Assembly (NCBI RefSeq): GCF_048594475.1
Contig: NZ_JBMDXT010000162.1
Coordinates: forward strand, 2,093 to 66,092
Length of the DNA stretch: 64,000 nt
Direction: 5' to 3'
Source of the DNA: Nakamurella sp.
GTDB taxonomy: Bacteria; Actinomycetota; Actinomycetes; Mycobacteriales; Nakamurellaceae
The notes under the pieces are model-generated. The model was not told the DNA's origin and did no database searches. It worked only from the letters and a program-made list of their open reading frames with translations. Position 1 is the stretch's first letter; the number at the start of each line of letters is the position of its first letter. Of the stretch, positions 53,881-62,658 are shown one piece after another. The position numbers and the translations under genes were made by a program.

Positions 53881-55214
53881 CCGGACCCGGCGGTCTGCTC
53901 CTCGGGGTGGCCTCCGGCGCCCCGCACGTCGAGGGCTCGGCGGGCCGCGGCCGGTCGGTGTGGGACGCGTTCGCCGCGGCGCCCGGCCGGATCGCCGACG
54001 GCACGGTCCCCGACCCGGCCGCCCGACCCGGGCACGCCGACCCCGATCTCGCCCTGCAGGCCGCGCTGGGCGGGGACGCCTACCGGATCTCGGTGTCCTG
54101 GCCGCGGGTCCAGCCGGGCGGGTCCGGGCCGGCCGCTCCGGCCGGCCTGGATGCCTACGACGCCCGGGTCGACGGCCTGCTGGCCCGCGGCATCCGGCCC
54201 TGGGTCGCGCTCTACCGCTGGGACCTGCCGCTGGAGCTGATGCTCGACGGCGGCTGGCTGGTGCGGGACACCGCGGAGCGGTTCGGCGACTACGCGGCCC
54301 TGGTCGCCGGCCGCCTGGCCGATCGGGTCGACGGGTGGGCGACGCTGGACGACCCGTTCGCGCACATGGCCCTGGGCCACGCGGTCGGGGTCGATGCCCC
54401 CGGTCTGACCCTGCTCGGCGGCGCCTTCGCCGTCACCCACCATCTGCTGCTGGGCCACGCCCGCGGGGTCGCCGCCCTCCGGGCCGCCGGAGCCGGCCGG
54501 GTGGGGCTGGTGAACAACCACACCGCCGTGCGCCCGGCCGGGCCGGGCGGCGCCGACCGGTGGGCCGCCGGGTTCTACGACCGCTACCACAATCGCCAGT
54601 TCGCCGACCCGGTGCTGCTCGGCGCCTACCCCGAGCGGCTGATCACCCTGCCCGGCGTGCCCGACGACCTCGTCGCCGACGCCGACCCGGCCGCGATCGC
54701 CGCCCCGCTGGACTTCTACGGGGTCACCTACGAGCACCCGGTGACGGTCGCCGCGGCCCCGGAGAACCGGTCGGTCCCGCTGAGCCTGGTGCCGATGGCC
54801 GGCGTCCCCCGGTCGGCGACCGACCTGCCGCTGCACCCGCCGTCGCTGGAGCGGGCGCTGCTGGACCTGCGGGACCGGTATCCCCGGCTGCCGCCGGTGT
54901 ACGTCACCGCCACCGCCGGTGCCTTCGACGACGAGGGCGGCGCCCCCGACGTCGGGGGCCCCGCCCGGATCGACTTCCTGGACGGCCACCTCGCCGCCCT
55001 CCGGCGGGCCGCCGCCGCCGGCGTACCGGTGGCCGGGTACTTCCACTGGACCCTGCTGGACGGGTGGGAGGGGTCGGCCGGCCGGCGGCCGCGGACCGGG
55101 CTGGTGCACGTCGACCCCGACTCCGGGGTGCGCACCCCCCGCCCGGCGTTCACCCACTACCGGGACCTCATCCGGGGTGACCGGCCGACGGCCGGGCCGG
55201 CCGCAGGCCCCTGA
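53877..55214 (+). CDS. Glycoside-hydrolase family 1-like protein with both catalytic Glu motifs altered
   Basis: ATGA overlap with the TetR gene. GH1 scaffold: AYRISVSWPRVQP, LYRWDLPLEL..GGW, FHWTLLDGWE. TLDDP replaces TxNEP (54348-54356). VTATAG replaces (I/V)TENG (54903-54920). Confidence 0.85.
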   Translation: MTGPGGLLLGVASGAPHVEGSAGRGRSVWDAFAAAPGRIADGTVPDPAARPGHADPDLALQAALGGDAYRISVSWPRVQPGGSGPAAPAGLDAYDARVDGLLARGIRPWVALYRWDLPLELMLDGGWLVRDTAERFGDYAALVAGRLADRVDGWATLDDPFAHMALGHAVGVDAPGLTLLGGAFAVTHHLLLGHARGVAALRAAGAGRVGLVNNHTAVRPAGPGGADRWAAGFYDRYHNRQFADPVLLGAYPERLITLPGVPDDLVADADPAAIAAPLDFYGVTYEHPVTVAAAPENRSVPLSLVPMAGVPRSATDLPLHPPSLERALLDLRDRYPRLPPVYVTATAGAFDDEGGAPDVGGPARIDFLDGHLAALRRAAAAGVPVAGYFHWTLLDGWEGSAGRRPRTGLVHVDPDSGVRTPRPAFTHYRDLIRGDRPTAGPAAGP

Positions 55215-55287
55215 GCGAGCGCGACGCGGCCCGGTCCCGGTGCGGGTCGAGGTGCCGGACCCGCCGGGCAGGCCATACATTCCCCCG

Positions 55288-56631
55288 GTGAGCACCGCCT
55301 CCATCGAACCGGGCAGCTACGGCCGCCCGGTGCCGGCCGGCCGCGTCATCGCCTGGGGTCTGTGGGACTGGGGATCGGCCGCCTACAACGCGGTCATCCT
55401 CACCTTCGTCTTCTCCGTCTACCTGACCGACGCGGTCGGCGACGACCTGCCCGGGTCGATCTCGGCCAACACCTGGCTCGGCTGGTCGCTGGGCATCGCC
55501 GGCTTCCTGGTCGCGATCCTCGCGCCGATCACCGGCCAGCGGGCCGACGCCGGCGGCCGGCGCAAGCTGTCGCTGGGGGTGTGGACCGCCCTGACCGTCG
55601 CCTCGATGGCGGGCCTGTTCTTCGTCAAGAACGACTACCACTACCTGTGGTTGGGCCTGCTCCTGCTGAGCCTGGGCTCGATCTTCTTCGAGTTCGCGTC
55701 CGTCTCCTACAACGCGATGCTGCACCAGGTCTCGACGCCGCGGACGATCGGCCGGGTCTCGGCGTTCGGCTGGTCGATGGGCTACTTCGGCGGCATCGTG
55801 CTGCTGCTGGTCTGCTACGTCGGCTTCATCGCGCCGGACGTCGGCTGGTTCGGGGTGACCTCGGCCGACGGCCTGAACATCCGCATGGTCGCCCTCTTCG
55901 CCACCGCCTGGTTCCTGCTGTTCGCGATCCCGGTGCTGATCGCGGTGCCGGAGATCCACGGCGCCCCGGCCGCGAAACGGGTCGGCTTCCTCGCCTCCTA
56001 CCGGCTGCTGTTCCGCGACCTCACGGAGCTGTACCGCACCGCCCCGCACACCGTGTACTTCCTGGGCGCCAGCGCGCTGTTCCGGGACGGCCTGGCCGGG
56101 GTGTTCACCTTCGGCGCGGTGCTGGCCGTCACCGTCTACGGGATCGACAGCGCCGACGTGTTGATCTTCGGCGTGGTGGCCAACGTGGTGTCCGCGCTCG
56201 GCGCCCTGACCGCCGGCTTCTTCGACGACCGGCTGGGGCCCAAGTCGGTCATCGTCTTCTCCCTCTCCGGGATGCTGGTGGCCGGCGGCGTGCTGCTGTT
56301 CGTGTCCGGCCCGACCATGTTCTGGATCTTCGGGCTGATCCTGTGCCTGTTCGTGGGGCCCGCACAGTCCTCGTCCCGCACCTTCATGGCCCGGCTGGCC
56401 CCGCTGGGCCGGGAGGGCCAGATCTTCGGCCTGTACGCGACCACCGGACGGGCGGTGTCGTTCCTGGCGCCGACCCTGTTCGGCTTCTTCACGTTCCTGT
56501 TCGGCGCGGACCGGGCCGGCATCATCGGCATCCTGCTGGTGCTGGCGCTCGGGCTGGCCGCGCTGATCCCGGTCCGGTCGCCGGCCCCCGGGGCGCAGGC
56601 ACCCGCACTGCCGGGGCGGACCGCGGGGTAA
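55288..56631 (+). CDS. MFS transporter, UMF1/Atg22-like
   Basis: GTG 55288 within ORF 54919-56631. Motifs: WGLWDWGSAAYNAVILTFVFSVYL, GQRADAGGRRK. 12 TM helices. Confidence 0.85.
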   Translation: MSTASIEPGSYGRPVPAGRVIAWGLWDWGSAAYNAVILTFVFSVYLTDAVGDDLPGSISANTWLGWSLGIAGFLVAILAPITGQRADAGGRRKLSLGVWTALTVASMAGLFFVKNDYHYLWLGLLLLSLGSIFFEFASVSYNAMLHQVSTPRTIGRVSAFGWSMGYFGGIVLLLVCYVGFIAPDVGWFGVTSADGLNIRMVALFATAWFLLFAIPVLIAVPEIHGAPAAKRVGFLASYRLLFRDLTELYRTAPHTVYFLGASALFRDGLAGVFTFGAVLAVTVYGIDSADVLIFGVVANVVSALGALTAGFFDDRLGPKSVIVFSLSGMLVAGGVLLFVSGPTMFWIFGLILCLFVGPAQSSSRTFMARLAPLGREGQIFGLYATTGRAVSFLAPTLFGFFTFLFGADRAGIIGILLVLALGLAALIPVRSPAPGAQAPALPGRTAG

Positions 56632-56759
56632 GCGCGGCCGGTCCGGGGAACCACCCAGACGGTGACGCTTCGCCCATCGGGCGCCGTCGGAACGAACGGT
56701 GAGCCCCCGGCCCCGGCTCATCCGGGCGAGGCGCTCCCCCGGCGGACCAGCCGGCCGTC

Positions 56760-58652
56760 ATGCTGACCCACATGGCGAAGAGGACGGCAGCTCCGGCGAG
56801 CGCCGGGGCGGTGATCGGGGCGCTGGGCGTGGTCTTCGGCGACATCGGGACGAGCCCGCTGTACACGTACCAGACGGTCGTCAACACCCCGCACCGCACG
56901 CTCGACCGCGACCTGATCATGGGCACCACCTCCATGATCATCTGGGCACTGCTGCTGGTGGTGACCGTCCTCTACACCCGGCTGCTGATGCGGGCCGACA
57001 ACGCCGGCGAGGGCGGCCTGCTCGCGCTGTTCGGCCTGCTGCGGCTGCGCAGCCGCAGCACCCGGGTCGTGGCGGTCTGCGCCGCGCTGGCCATGGTCGG
57101 CGCGGCCACCTTCCTCGGTGACGCGGTCATCACCCCGGCGGTCTCGGTGCTCTCGGCGGTGGAGGGCCTGGAATCGGCCGACACCGGCCTGGCGCCGGCC
57201 GTGGTGCCGATCGCGGTGGTGATCCTGGCCGCACTGTTCCTGCTGCAACGGTTCGGCACGGACCGGATCGGCCGGCTGTTCGGCCCGATCATGATCATCT
57301 GGTTCCTGGTCGCCGCCGGGCTCGGCCTGTCCTCGCTGATCCGCACGCCCGAGGTGCTGCAGGCGCTGTCCCCGCACTGGATCGTGTTCCTGGTCGTGCA
57401 CCAGCCGTGGGTCGCGTTCGTCGCGCTCGGCGGGGTCGTGCTGGCCATCACCGGGGCCGAGGCGCTGTACGCCGACATGGGCCACTTCGGGCGGCGGCCG
57501 ATCGTGCTGGCCTGGCTGGCCGTCGTCTTCCCGGCCCTGGTCATCAACTACCTGGGTCAGGGCGCCGAGGTCCTGCGCACCCCGAACGACGCGGCCAACC
57601 CGTTCTGGACGCTGGTGCCCGACCGGGCGACGATCCCGATGGTCGTCCTCGCCACCCTGGCCACCATCATCGCGTCCCAGGCGGTGATCTCCGGCAGCTT
57701 CAGCGTCGTCCACCAGGCCGGCCGGCTCGGGCTGCTCCCCCACCTGCTGGTCAAGCACACCTCGACCCACAACTCCCGGCAGATCTTCCTACCCGCGGTC
57801 AACACCATGGTCGCCGTCGCGGTGCTGACGCTGGTGCTGACGTTCCGCAGTTCGGCGGCGCTGACCGACGCCTACGGGCTGGCCGTGACCATCACCATCG
57901 TCATCACCACGGTGATCTACCTGGTGCTGCGGCAGACCGAGCGGCGCTGGTCCCCCGGCTTCTTCGTGGCCGCCGGCATCCTGCTGGTGATGCTGCTCTT
58001 CCTGGCCGCCAACCTGCTCAAGATCCCCACCGGCGGCTGGCTGCCACTGGGCATCGCCGTCGTCCTGGTGACGATCATGGGCATCTGGACGTGGGGCGAC
58101 CGCCGGATGCACGCCGCCCTGCAGAGCGACGCCAGCACCGCCGAGCACAGCATCGACGCCGCCCTGGCCGACCTGCGCAAGGGGCACCGGGTCCCCGGCA
58201 CCGCCGTCTACCTCACCCAGAGCGCGGGCGTCGCCCCGCTCGGGCTCCGGGCGATGATCGACTTCACCCGGGCCCTGCACCGGGTGGTGCTGATCCTGCG
58301 GGTCAGCGTCTCCGACCAGGCCCTGCTGCCGCCCACCGGCCGGACCACCGTGGTGACCCACGGGCCGGGGGTGTTCGAGATCGAGTGCCGGGTCGGCTAC
58401 TACGAACGGTTCACGGTGCCCGAGCTCATCGCCGCCGTCCGCGACGCCCATCCCGAACTCGCCGGCACCGACCCCCGCACGACCCACTTCGTGCTGTCGC
58501 ACGTCTCGCCCCGGCACCGCTCGTCGGCCCTGGTGCTGTCGTGGCGGCAGCGGATCTTCGCCGCTTTGCACCGCCTCGGCCCGCCCCGCGCCGACGTGCT
58601 CGGCCTGCCCACCGACCGGACCATCTCGGTCGGTCGGGACGTCTCCTTCTGA
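56760..58652 (+). CDS. kup: KUP/HAK/KT potassium uptake transporter
   Basis: ORF 56760-58652. Hallmark GVVFGDIGTSPLYTY, GGLLAL, ITGAEALYADMGHFG. Cytoplasmic C-terminal domain. Confidence 0.95.
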   Translation: MLTHMAKRTAAPASAGAVIGALGVVFGDIGTSPLYTYQTVVNTPHRTLDRDLIMGTTSMIIWALLLVVTVLYTRLLMRADNAGEGGLLALFGLLRLRSRSTRVVAVCAALAMVGAATFLGDAVITPAVSVLSAVEGLESADTGLAPAVVPIAVVILAALFLLQRFGTDRIGRLFGPIMIIWFLVAAGLGLSSLIRTPEVLQALSPHWIVFLVVHQPWVAFVALGGVVLAITGAEALYADMGHFGRRPIVLAWLAVVFPALVINYLGQGAEVLRTPNDAANPFWTLVPDRATIPMVVLATLATIIASQAVISGSFSVVHQAGRLGLLPHLLVKHTSTHNSRQIFLPAVNTMVAVAVLTLVLTFRSSAALTDAYGLAVTITIVITTVIYLVLRQTERRWSPGFFVAAGILLVMLLFLAANLLKIPTGGWLPLGIAVVLVTIMGIWTWGDRRMHAALQSDASTAEHSIDAALADLRKGHRVPGTAVYLTQSAGVAPLGLRAMIDFTRALHRVVLILRVSVSDQALLPPTGRTTVVTHGPGVFEIECRVGYYERFTVPELIAAVRDAHPELAGTDPRTTHFVLSHVSPRHRSSALVLSWRQRIFAALHRLGPPRADVLGLPTDRTISVGRDVSF

Positions 58653-58716
58653 GCGCGGGCCCCGCCCGCCCGGTCGCGGGACCGGGGCCGATCCGGGTGC
58701 CCGCCGACCCGCCCGG

Positions 58717-59436
58717 TCAGGCGGCCGCCCGGGCGGCATCGTGCAGGACGGGACGGGCGAGCTCGGCCGCCTCGATCAGGGCCTGCCACCGGCGGGCGCC
58801 GCGGCGCGGCCCGGCGGTGAGCCGCCACAGGGCGCACCGGCCGTCGAGGGTGTCCAGGCGGGCCCCGCCGCGGTCCTCGTCGAGCAGCGCGGCGATGGCC
58901 CCCAGGTTCCGGTGGCCGGCCAACGCCCGGGCGGCCGGCGGCGCGCAGTCCCGCCGCACGCGAAGTCCCAGCCCGGCCACCGGCACGGGCACCGTCGTCG
59001 AACCCCAGGGGTCGAAACGGCTCGCCAGGCGGTGATGCTGCCGGCCGTGGCCGTGCAGGGCCAGCTCGGTCTGGGGCAGCGGCACCGCGGTGCTCGGATC
59101 GTCCCAGCTGACCATGTCGAAGCTGGACGTGTCGTACTCGTCGTGGAACACCGACAGGTGGGAGGCCAGCATCCCGTCCGGCGCGGCCGCCGCCCAGTAC
59201 TCGCACGGCGTCGGGCGCCGGCCGGCCAGCTCCTCGACGTCGGCGCGGGCCAGGACGGGCGGCTGCAGACCCACCAGGGACGGTGGCGCGACCTGCCGCC
59301 AGCCCCGGGCGGCGGCCGCGTCCAGCATCGCGGCCGGGGCGGTCGGGCCGCGCCGCAGGAACGTCACAGCGGTGTTGTACCGGTCCCGGGCGGGCCGGGT
59401 CCAGCGTCGCCGTCCCGCCGCCGCGGAACCACCCAT
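58717..59436 (-). CDS. Hypothetical protein (start uncertain)
   Basis: GC3-rich ORF convergent with kup. Possible starts at 59436, GTG 59367 or ATG 59328. No family recognised. Confidence 0.5.
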   Translation of the reverse strand: MGGSAAAGRRRWTRPARDRYNTAVTFLRRGPTAPAAMLDAAAARGWRQVAPPSLVGLQPPVLARADVEELAGRRPTPCEYWAAAAPDGMLASHLSVFHDEYDTSSFDMVSWDDPSTAVPLPQTELALHGHGRQHHRLASRFDPWGSTTVPVPVAGLGLRVRRDCAPPAARALAGHRNLGAIAALLDEDRGGARLDTLDGRCALWRLTAGPRRGARRWQALIEAAELARPVLHDAARAAA

Positions 59437-59468
59437 CCGGTGACGCTCCCGGCACCTACGATTCGGCC

Positions 59469-60326
59469 ATGGGCCAGTGGTGGGACGAGAACATCATCGA
59501 GCCGGGCAAGCTGCCCCTGCTCCTGTGTTTCGCCGCGTTCATCGTCACGTTCCTGTCGACCCGGATCATCACCCGCCTGATCCGGGCCGGGATCGGACCG
59601 TTCAAGAACAACGTGTCCTCGTCCGGAGTGCACATCCATCACGCCGTGCCGGGCATCATCCTGCTGATCCTGGGCTCGATCATGGCGCTGCGCGGACCGG
59701 ACTCGCCGTGGATCGAGATCGCCGGCGTGCTGTCCGGCATCGGCATCTCGCTGATCCTGGACGAGTTCGCGCTGATCCTGCACCTGCAGGACGTGTACTG
59801 GGCGAACGAGGGCCGCATCTCGGTGGAGATGATCGGGCTGGCCACCGCCGTCTTCGGGTTCGTCCTGCTCGGGTTCAGCCCGCTCGGGGTCGACGAGGTG
59901 ACCACCGGTGGGCTCGAGGTCCGGTTGACCTTCCTGACCGCGGCCACGCTGCACTTCGGCCTGCTCCTGATCTGCGTGTTGAAGGGCAAGTACCGCTCCG
60001 CCCTGGTCGGCTGCTTCATCGGGCCGGTCGCGTGGTGGGCGTCCTGCCGGCTGGCCCGGCCGAACTCCTGGTGGGCGCGGCACCGGTACCGCAAGCCGCG
60101 CAAGATCGAGCGGGCGCGCCGTCGCGAGGCGAAGTTCCAGGCCAAGTGGGATCCCCGCTGGCGCTGGGTGTCCGACCTGATCGCCGGCGCCCCCTCGATG
60201 CCCGACCCCGCGCCGGTTCCGGCCGTCGCGGCCGCCGCCGTCCCGGGCACCGTCCCGGGCACCGCGGCCGGTCCGGCGTCCGACGCCGTCGCCACGCCCG
60301 ACCGGGAAGGGTCCGGCCGGCTCTGA
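59469..60326 (+). CDS. Integral membrane protein with basic C-terminal tail
   Basis: ATG 59469 within ORF 59283-60326. Helices: LPLLLCFAAFIVTFL, VPGIILLILGSIMAL, IAGVLSGIGISLILDEF, plus two more. RHRYRKPRKIERARRREAKFQAKW tail. Confidence 0.75.
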   Translation: MGQWWDENIIEPGKLPLLLCFAAFIVTFLSTRIITRLIRAGIGPFKNNVSSSGVHIHHAVPGIILLILGSIMALRGPDSPWIEIAGVLSGIGISLILDEFALILHLQDVYWANEGRISVEMIGLATAVFGFVLLGFSPLGVDEVTTGGLEVRLTFLTAATLHFGLLLICVLKGKYRSALVGCFIGPVAWWASCRLARPNSWWARHRYRKPRKIERARRREAKFQAKWDPRWRWVSDLIAGAPSMPDPAPVPAVAAAAVPGTVPGTAAGPASDAVATPDREGSGRL

Positions 60327-60402
60327 CCGGCTCCGGCTGCGCTCGACGGCCGAGATCGCGCGGCCAGGGGGTCGCGGCCGGCCGGGTGCGGCCCGGGTCC
60401 GA

Positions 60403-61164
60403 TCAGCCCTCGATCAGGCGCAGCACGTCCCGCTGGAACCGCCGGACCGCGGCGACGTCCGGCGGCGGGCCACCGTCCCGGGCCCGGAACGCGGCCCGGA
60501 TGATCCCCGTGTCCAGCGTCCCGGGCTGGGCCCGCACCGCGGCCCCGGCGACGGGCTTGGCCAGCCAGCGACCGCTGCGGACCCGGCACAGCGCGCGGCA
60601 GGCGTTGAGCACGGCGTCGTCGGACGCCGCGGCCGGCGCCTGCAGATGCCAACGCAGCGACTCGGCGAGCAGCCCGCGCAGCTCCCAGTCGCCCGGCCCG
60701 GCGAAGACGGTGGCCGCGGGCGGACCGACGATCGCGCGCCCGTGGTCGGCCAGGATGCCCCGGTCGATCGCGTACCAGAACTGCCCGTCCGCGGCCGGCC
60801 GGTCCGCCGGATCCTGCGTCGCGCGGAAATCCATCCGGGCGCCGCTGTTCAGTTCGACCTCGAAGCCGGGGTCGATGCCGCCGGCCGCGGCGACCTCGGC
60901 CCGGTAGACGACGAGCTCAAGGCCACGGGCCGGGCACGGCAGGTTCTCGTGGCGCAGGGCGGCGACCAGCGCGCACTTGGCCTCGCCGTCGAGCCGACCG
61001 GCGACCACGACGGCCACGTCGATGTCGCTGCGGCCCGGCCGGTAGCCGTCCAGGGCGAGTGAGCCGCCCGCATAGACGCCGACCAGATCGGCACCGACGA
61101 CGTCACGGCACCGGCGGGCGAGCTCGGTGAGGTAGTCGCGGACGGCGGGATCCGGCGGGTTCAT
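60403..61164 (-). CDS. Nucleotidyltransferase (aminoglycoside adenylyltransferase-like, NTP_transf + DUF4111-type)
   Basis: ATG 61164 within ORF 60403-62181. GVYAGGSLALDGYRPGRSDIDVAVVV (GS...DxD). The C-terminal helical domain ends LRLIEG. Confidence 0.8.
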   Translation of the reverse strand: MNPPDPAVRDYLTELARRCRDVVGADLVGVYAGGSLALDGYRPGRSDIDVAVVVAGRLDGEAKCALVAALRHENLPCPARGLELVVYRAEVAAAGGIDPGFEVELNSGARMDFRATQDPADRPAADGQFWYAIDRGILADHGRAIVGPPAATVFAGPGDWELRGLLAESLRWHLQAPAAASDDAVLNACRALCRVRSGRWLAKPVAGAAVRAQPGTLDTGIIRAAFRARDGGPPPDVAAVRRFQRDVLRLIEG

Positions 61165-61166
61165 CG

Positions 61167-61211
61167 CGGCAGTCCCGGCAGTCCCGGCAGTCCCGGCCGT
61201 ACCGGCCGGCG
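61167..61211. repeat. 9-nt tandem repeat CGGCAGTCC (3 exact + 2 degenerate units)
   Basis: Read directly, immediately upstream of the nucleotidyltransferase ATG in the divergent spacer to gluQ. Confidence 0.75.
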
Positions 61212-61302
61212 CGCGCTTCGGCATGATGGCGGCGATGAGCGGCGCCCGGGTGTGTGCGGAAGGTCGGCAGGTCTCACGCCTGCTGATGCTCCGCGGTCGC
61301 GC

Positions 61303-62274
61303 ATGGCCGGCGGCGCACCGACGCGCCCGGCCGCGACGATGACCGCGGGCCGGTTCGCCCCGAGCCCGTCGGGCGACCTGCACGTGGGCAACCTGCGCAC
61401 CGCGCTGCTGGCCTGGCTGTTCGCCCGCTCGACCGGCCGGCGGTTCCTGGTGCGGATGGAGGATCTGGACCGGGTCCGGCCCGGCGCCGCGGACCGGCAA
61501 CTGGCCGACCTGGCCGCGCTCGGTCTGGACTGGGACGGGCCCGTGGTGCACCAGTCGGACCGCACGGACCGGTACGACGCGGCGATCGCCACACTGGTCG
61601 GCCGCGACCTGGCCTACGAGTGCTTCTGCACCCGGCGGGAGATCCGGGAGGCGGCGTCCGCGCCGCACCCCGACCCGTCGTTCCCGCAACGGATCGGCGC
61701 CGACGGCGCCTACCCGGGGACCTGCCGGTCGCTGACCGCGGAGCAGGTACGGCACCGGCGGGCGACCGGCCGGCCCAGCGCGCTGCGGCTGCGCGCCGCG
61801 GTCGACCGGTGGACCGCCGACGACATGCTGACCGGCCCCTTCACCGGCGCCGTCGACGATCTGGTGCTGCGGCGCAACGACGGGGTCGCGGCGTACAACC
61901 TGGCCGTGGTGGTGGACGACGCCGCGCAGGGCGTCGACCAGGTGGTCCGCGGCGACGACCTGCTCACCTCCGCCCCCCGGCAGGCCTACCTCGCCGGCCT
62001 GCTCGACCTGCCGCCGGTGCGGTACGCGCACGTGCCGCTGGCGCTGAACCGGCAACGGCAGCGCCTGGCCAAGCGGGACGGCGCCGTCACCCTGGCCGAC
62101 CTGGCCGCCGCCGGCCGCTCCGCCGTCGACGTGCTGGCCCTGCTCGCCCGCTCGGCGGGCCTGGCCGGCCCCGACGAGCACCCCACCCCGGCCGACCTGC
62201 TGCCCCGCTTCGACCCGTCCGCCCTGCCGCGCGACCCCTGGATCGTCGACCCCGCCGCCCTCGTCACCACCTGA
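61303..62274 (+). CDS. gluQ: Glutamyl-Q tRNA(Asp) synthetase
   Basis: ATG 61303 (or 61339). Motifs: GRFAPSPSGDLHVGNLRTALLAW, LVRMEDLD, Cys cluster YECFCTRRE..YPGTC, VVRGDDLL. Truncated GluRS-like length. Confidence 0.85.
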   Translation: MAGGAPTRPAATMTAGRFAPSPSGDLHVGNLRTALLAWLFARSTGRRFLVRMEDLDRVRPGAADRQLADLAALGLDWDGPVVHQSDRTDRYDAAIATLVGRDLAYECFCTRREIREAASAPHPDPSFPQRIGADGAYPGTCRSLTAEQVRHRRATGRPSALRLRAAVDRWTADDMLTGPFTGAVDDLVLRRNDGVAAYNLAVVVDDAAQGVDQVVRGDDLLTSAPRQAYLAGLLDLPPVRYAHVPLALNRQRQRLAKRDGAVTLADLAAAGRSAVDVLALLARSAGLAGPDEHPTPADLLPRFDPSALPRDPWIVDPAALVTT

Positions 62275-62333
62275 TCCCGCCCCGGCCGGCCCCCGCTCTG
62301 CCCCGCCCCGCCCGGCCCCCCGCCCCCTTCGCC

Positions 62334-62413
62334 GCGCGGATCAACAACGCCGGCGCGGATCAAATGATCGACGTCCGTCCCACCCGCCACATTCCGGGCT
62401 ATTTGATCCGCGC
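62334..62413 (+). repeat. Dispersed 80-bp intergenic repeat (copy C1)
   Basis: gcgcggatcaacaacgccggcgcggatcaaatgatcgacgtccgtcccacccgccacattccgggctatttgatccgcgc. Perfect 10-bp inverted termini. By hand, about 64 of 80 positions match copy B. Confidence 0.85.
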
Positions 62414-62443
62414 AGCGGTCCACACCGGTGGGTGTGGATGGGC

Positions 62444-62504
62444 GCGCGGACGAAATCGTCGACTCCAGTCCCACCAGCCACATTCGGGCCCGGATGATCC
62501 GCGC
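62444..62504 (+). repeat. Dispersed repeat, 61-bp core version (copy C2)
   Basis: gcgcggacgaaatcgtcgactccagtcccaccagccacattcgggcccggatgatccgcgc. Aligns with positions 20-80 of copy A and with the reverse complement of 26163-26223. Confidence 0.8.
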
Positions 62505-62626
62505 GGCGGTAGATGATCCGCGCGGGGTGAGGCGGCGGTAGATGATCCGCGCGGGGTGAGGCGGCGGTCGATGATCCGCGCGGGGCAGGGTACGCGGCGG
62601 TCGATGATCCGCGCGGGGCAGGGTGA
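62493..62626. repeat. Tandem array of five copies of the repeat terminus GATGATCCGCGC (periods 19, 29, 29, 33 nt)
   Basis: Terminus copies begin at 62493, 62512, 62541, 62570 and 62603. Units read gcggcggt(a/c)gatgatccgcgcgggg(tgag/cagggtac). No unique spacers. Confidence 0.85.
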
Positions 62627-62658
62627 GCGGGGGCGGGGCGGGCTGCTTGGATGGCGCG

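Noticed and set aside
62493-62626. Possible CRISPR array (regularly spaced GATGATCCGCGC repeats)
   Set aside because: The units are directly adjacent 29-33-nt tandem repeats. The segments between them are themselves repeated (ggggtgag / ggggcagggtac), so there are no unique spacers. There are no cas genes. The repeat is the terminus of the dispersed element.
62275-62658. preQ1 riboswitch expected upstream of yhhQ
   Set aside because: I could not find the short hairpin followed by an A-rich tail that is characteristic of preQ1-I/II. The region is G+C-rich repeat sequence. This would need cmsearch to exclude formally.
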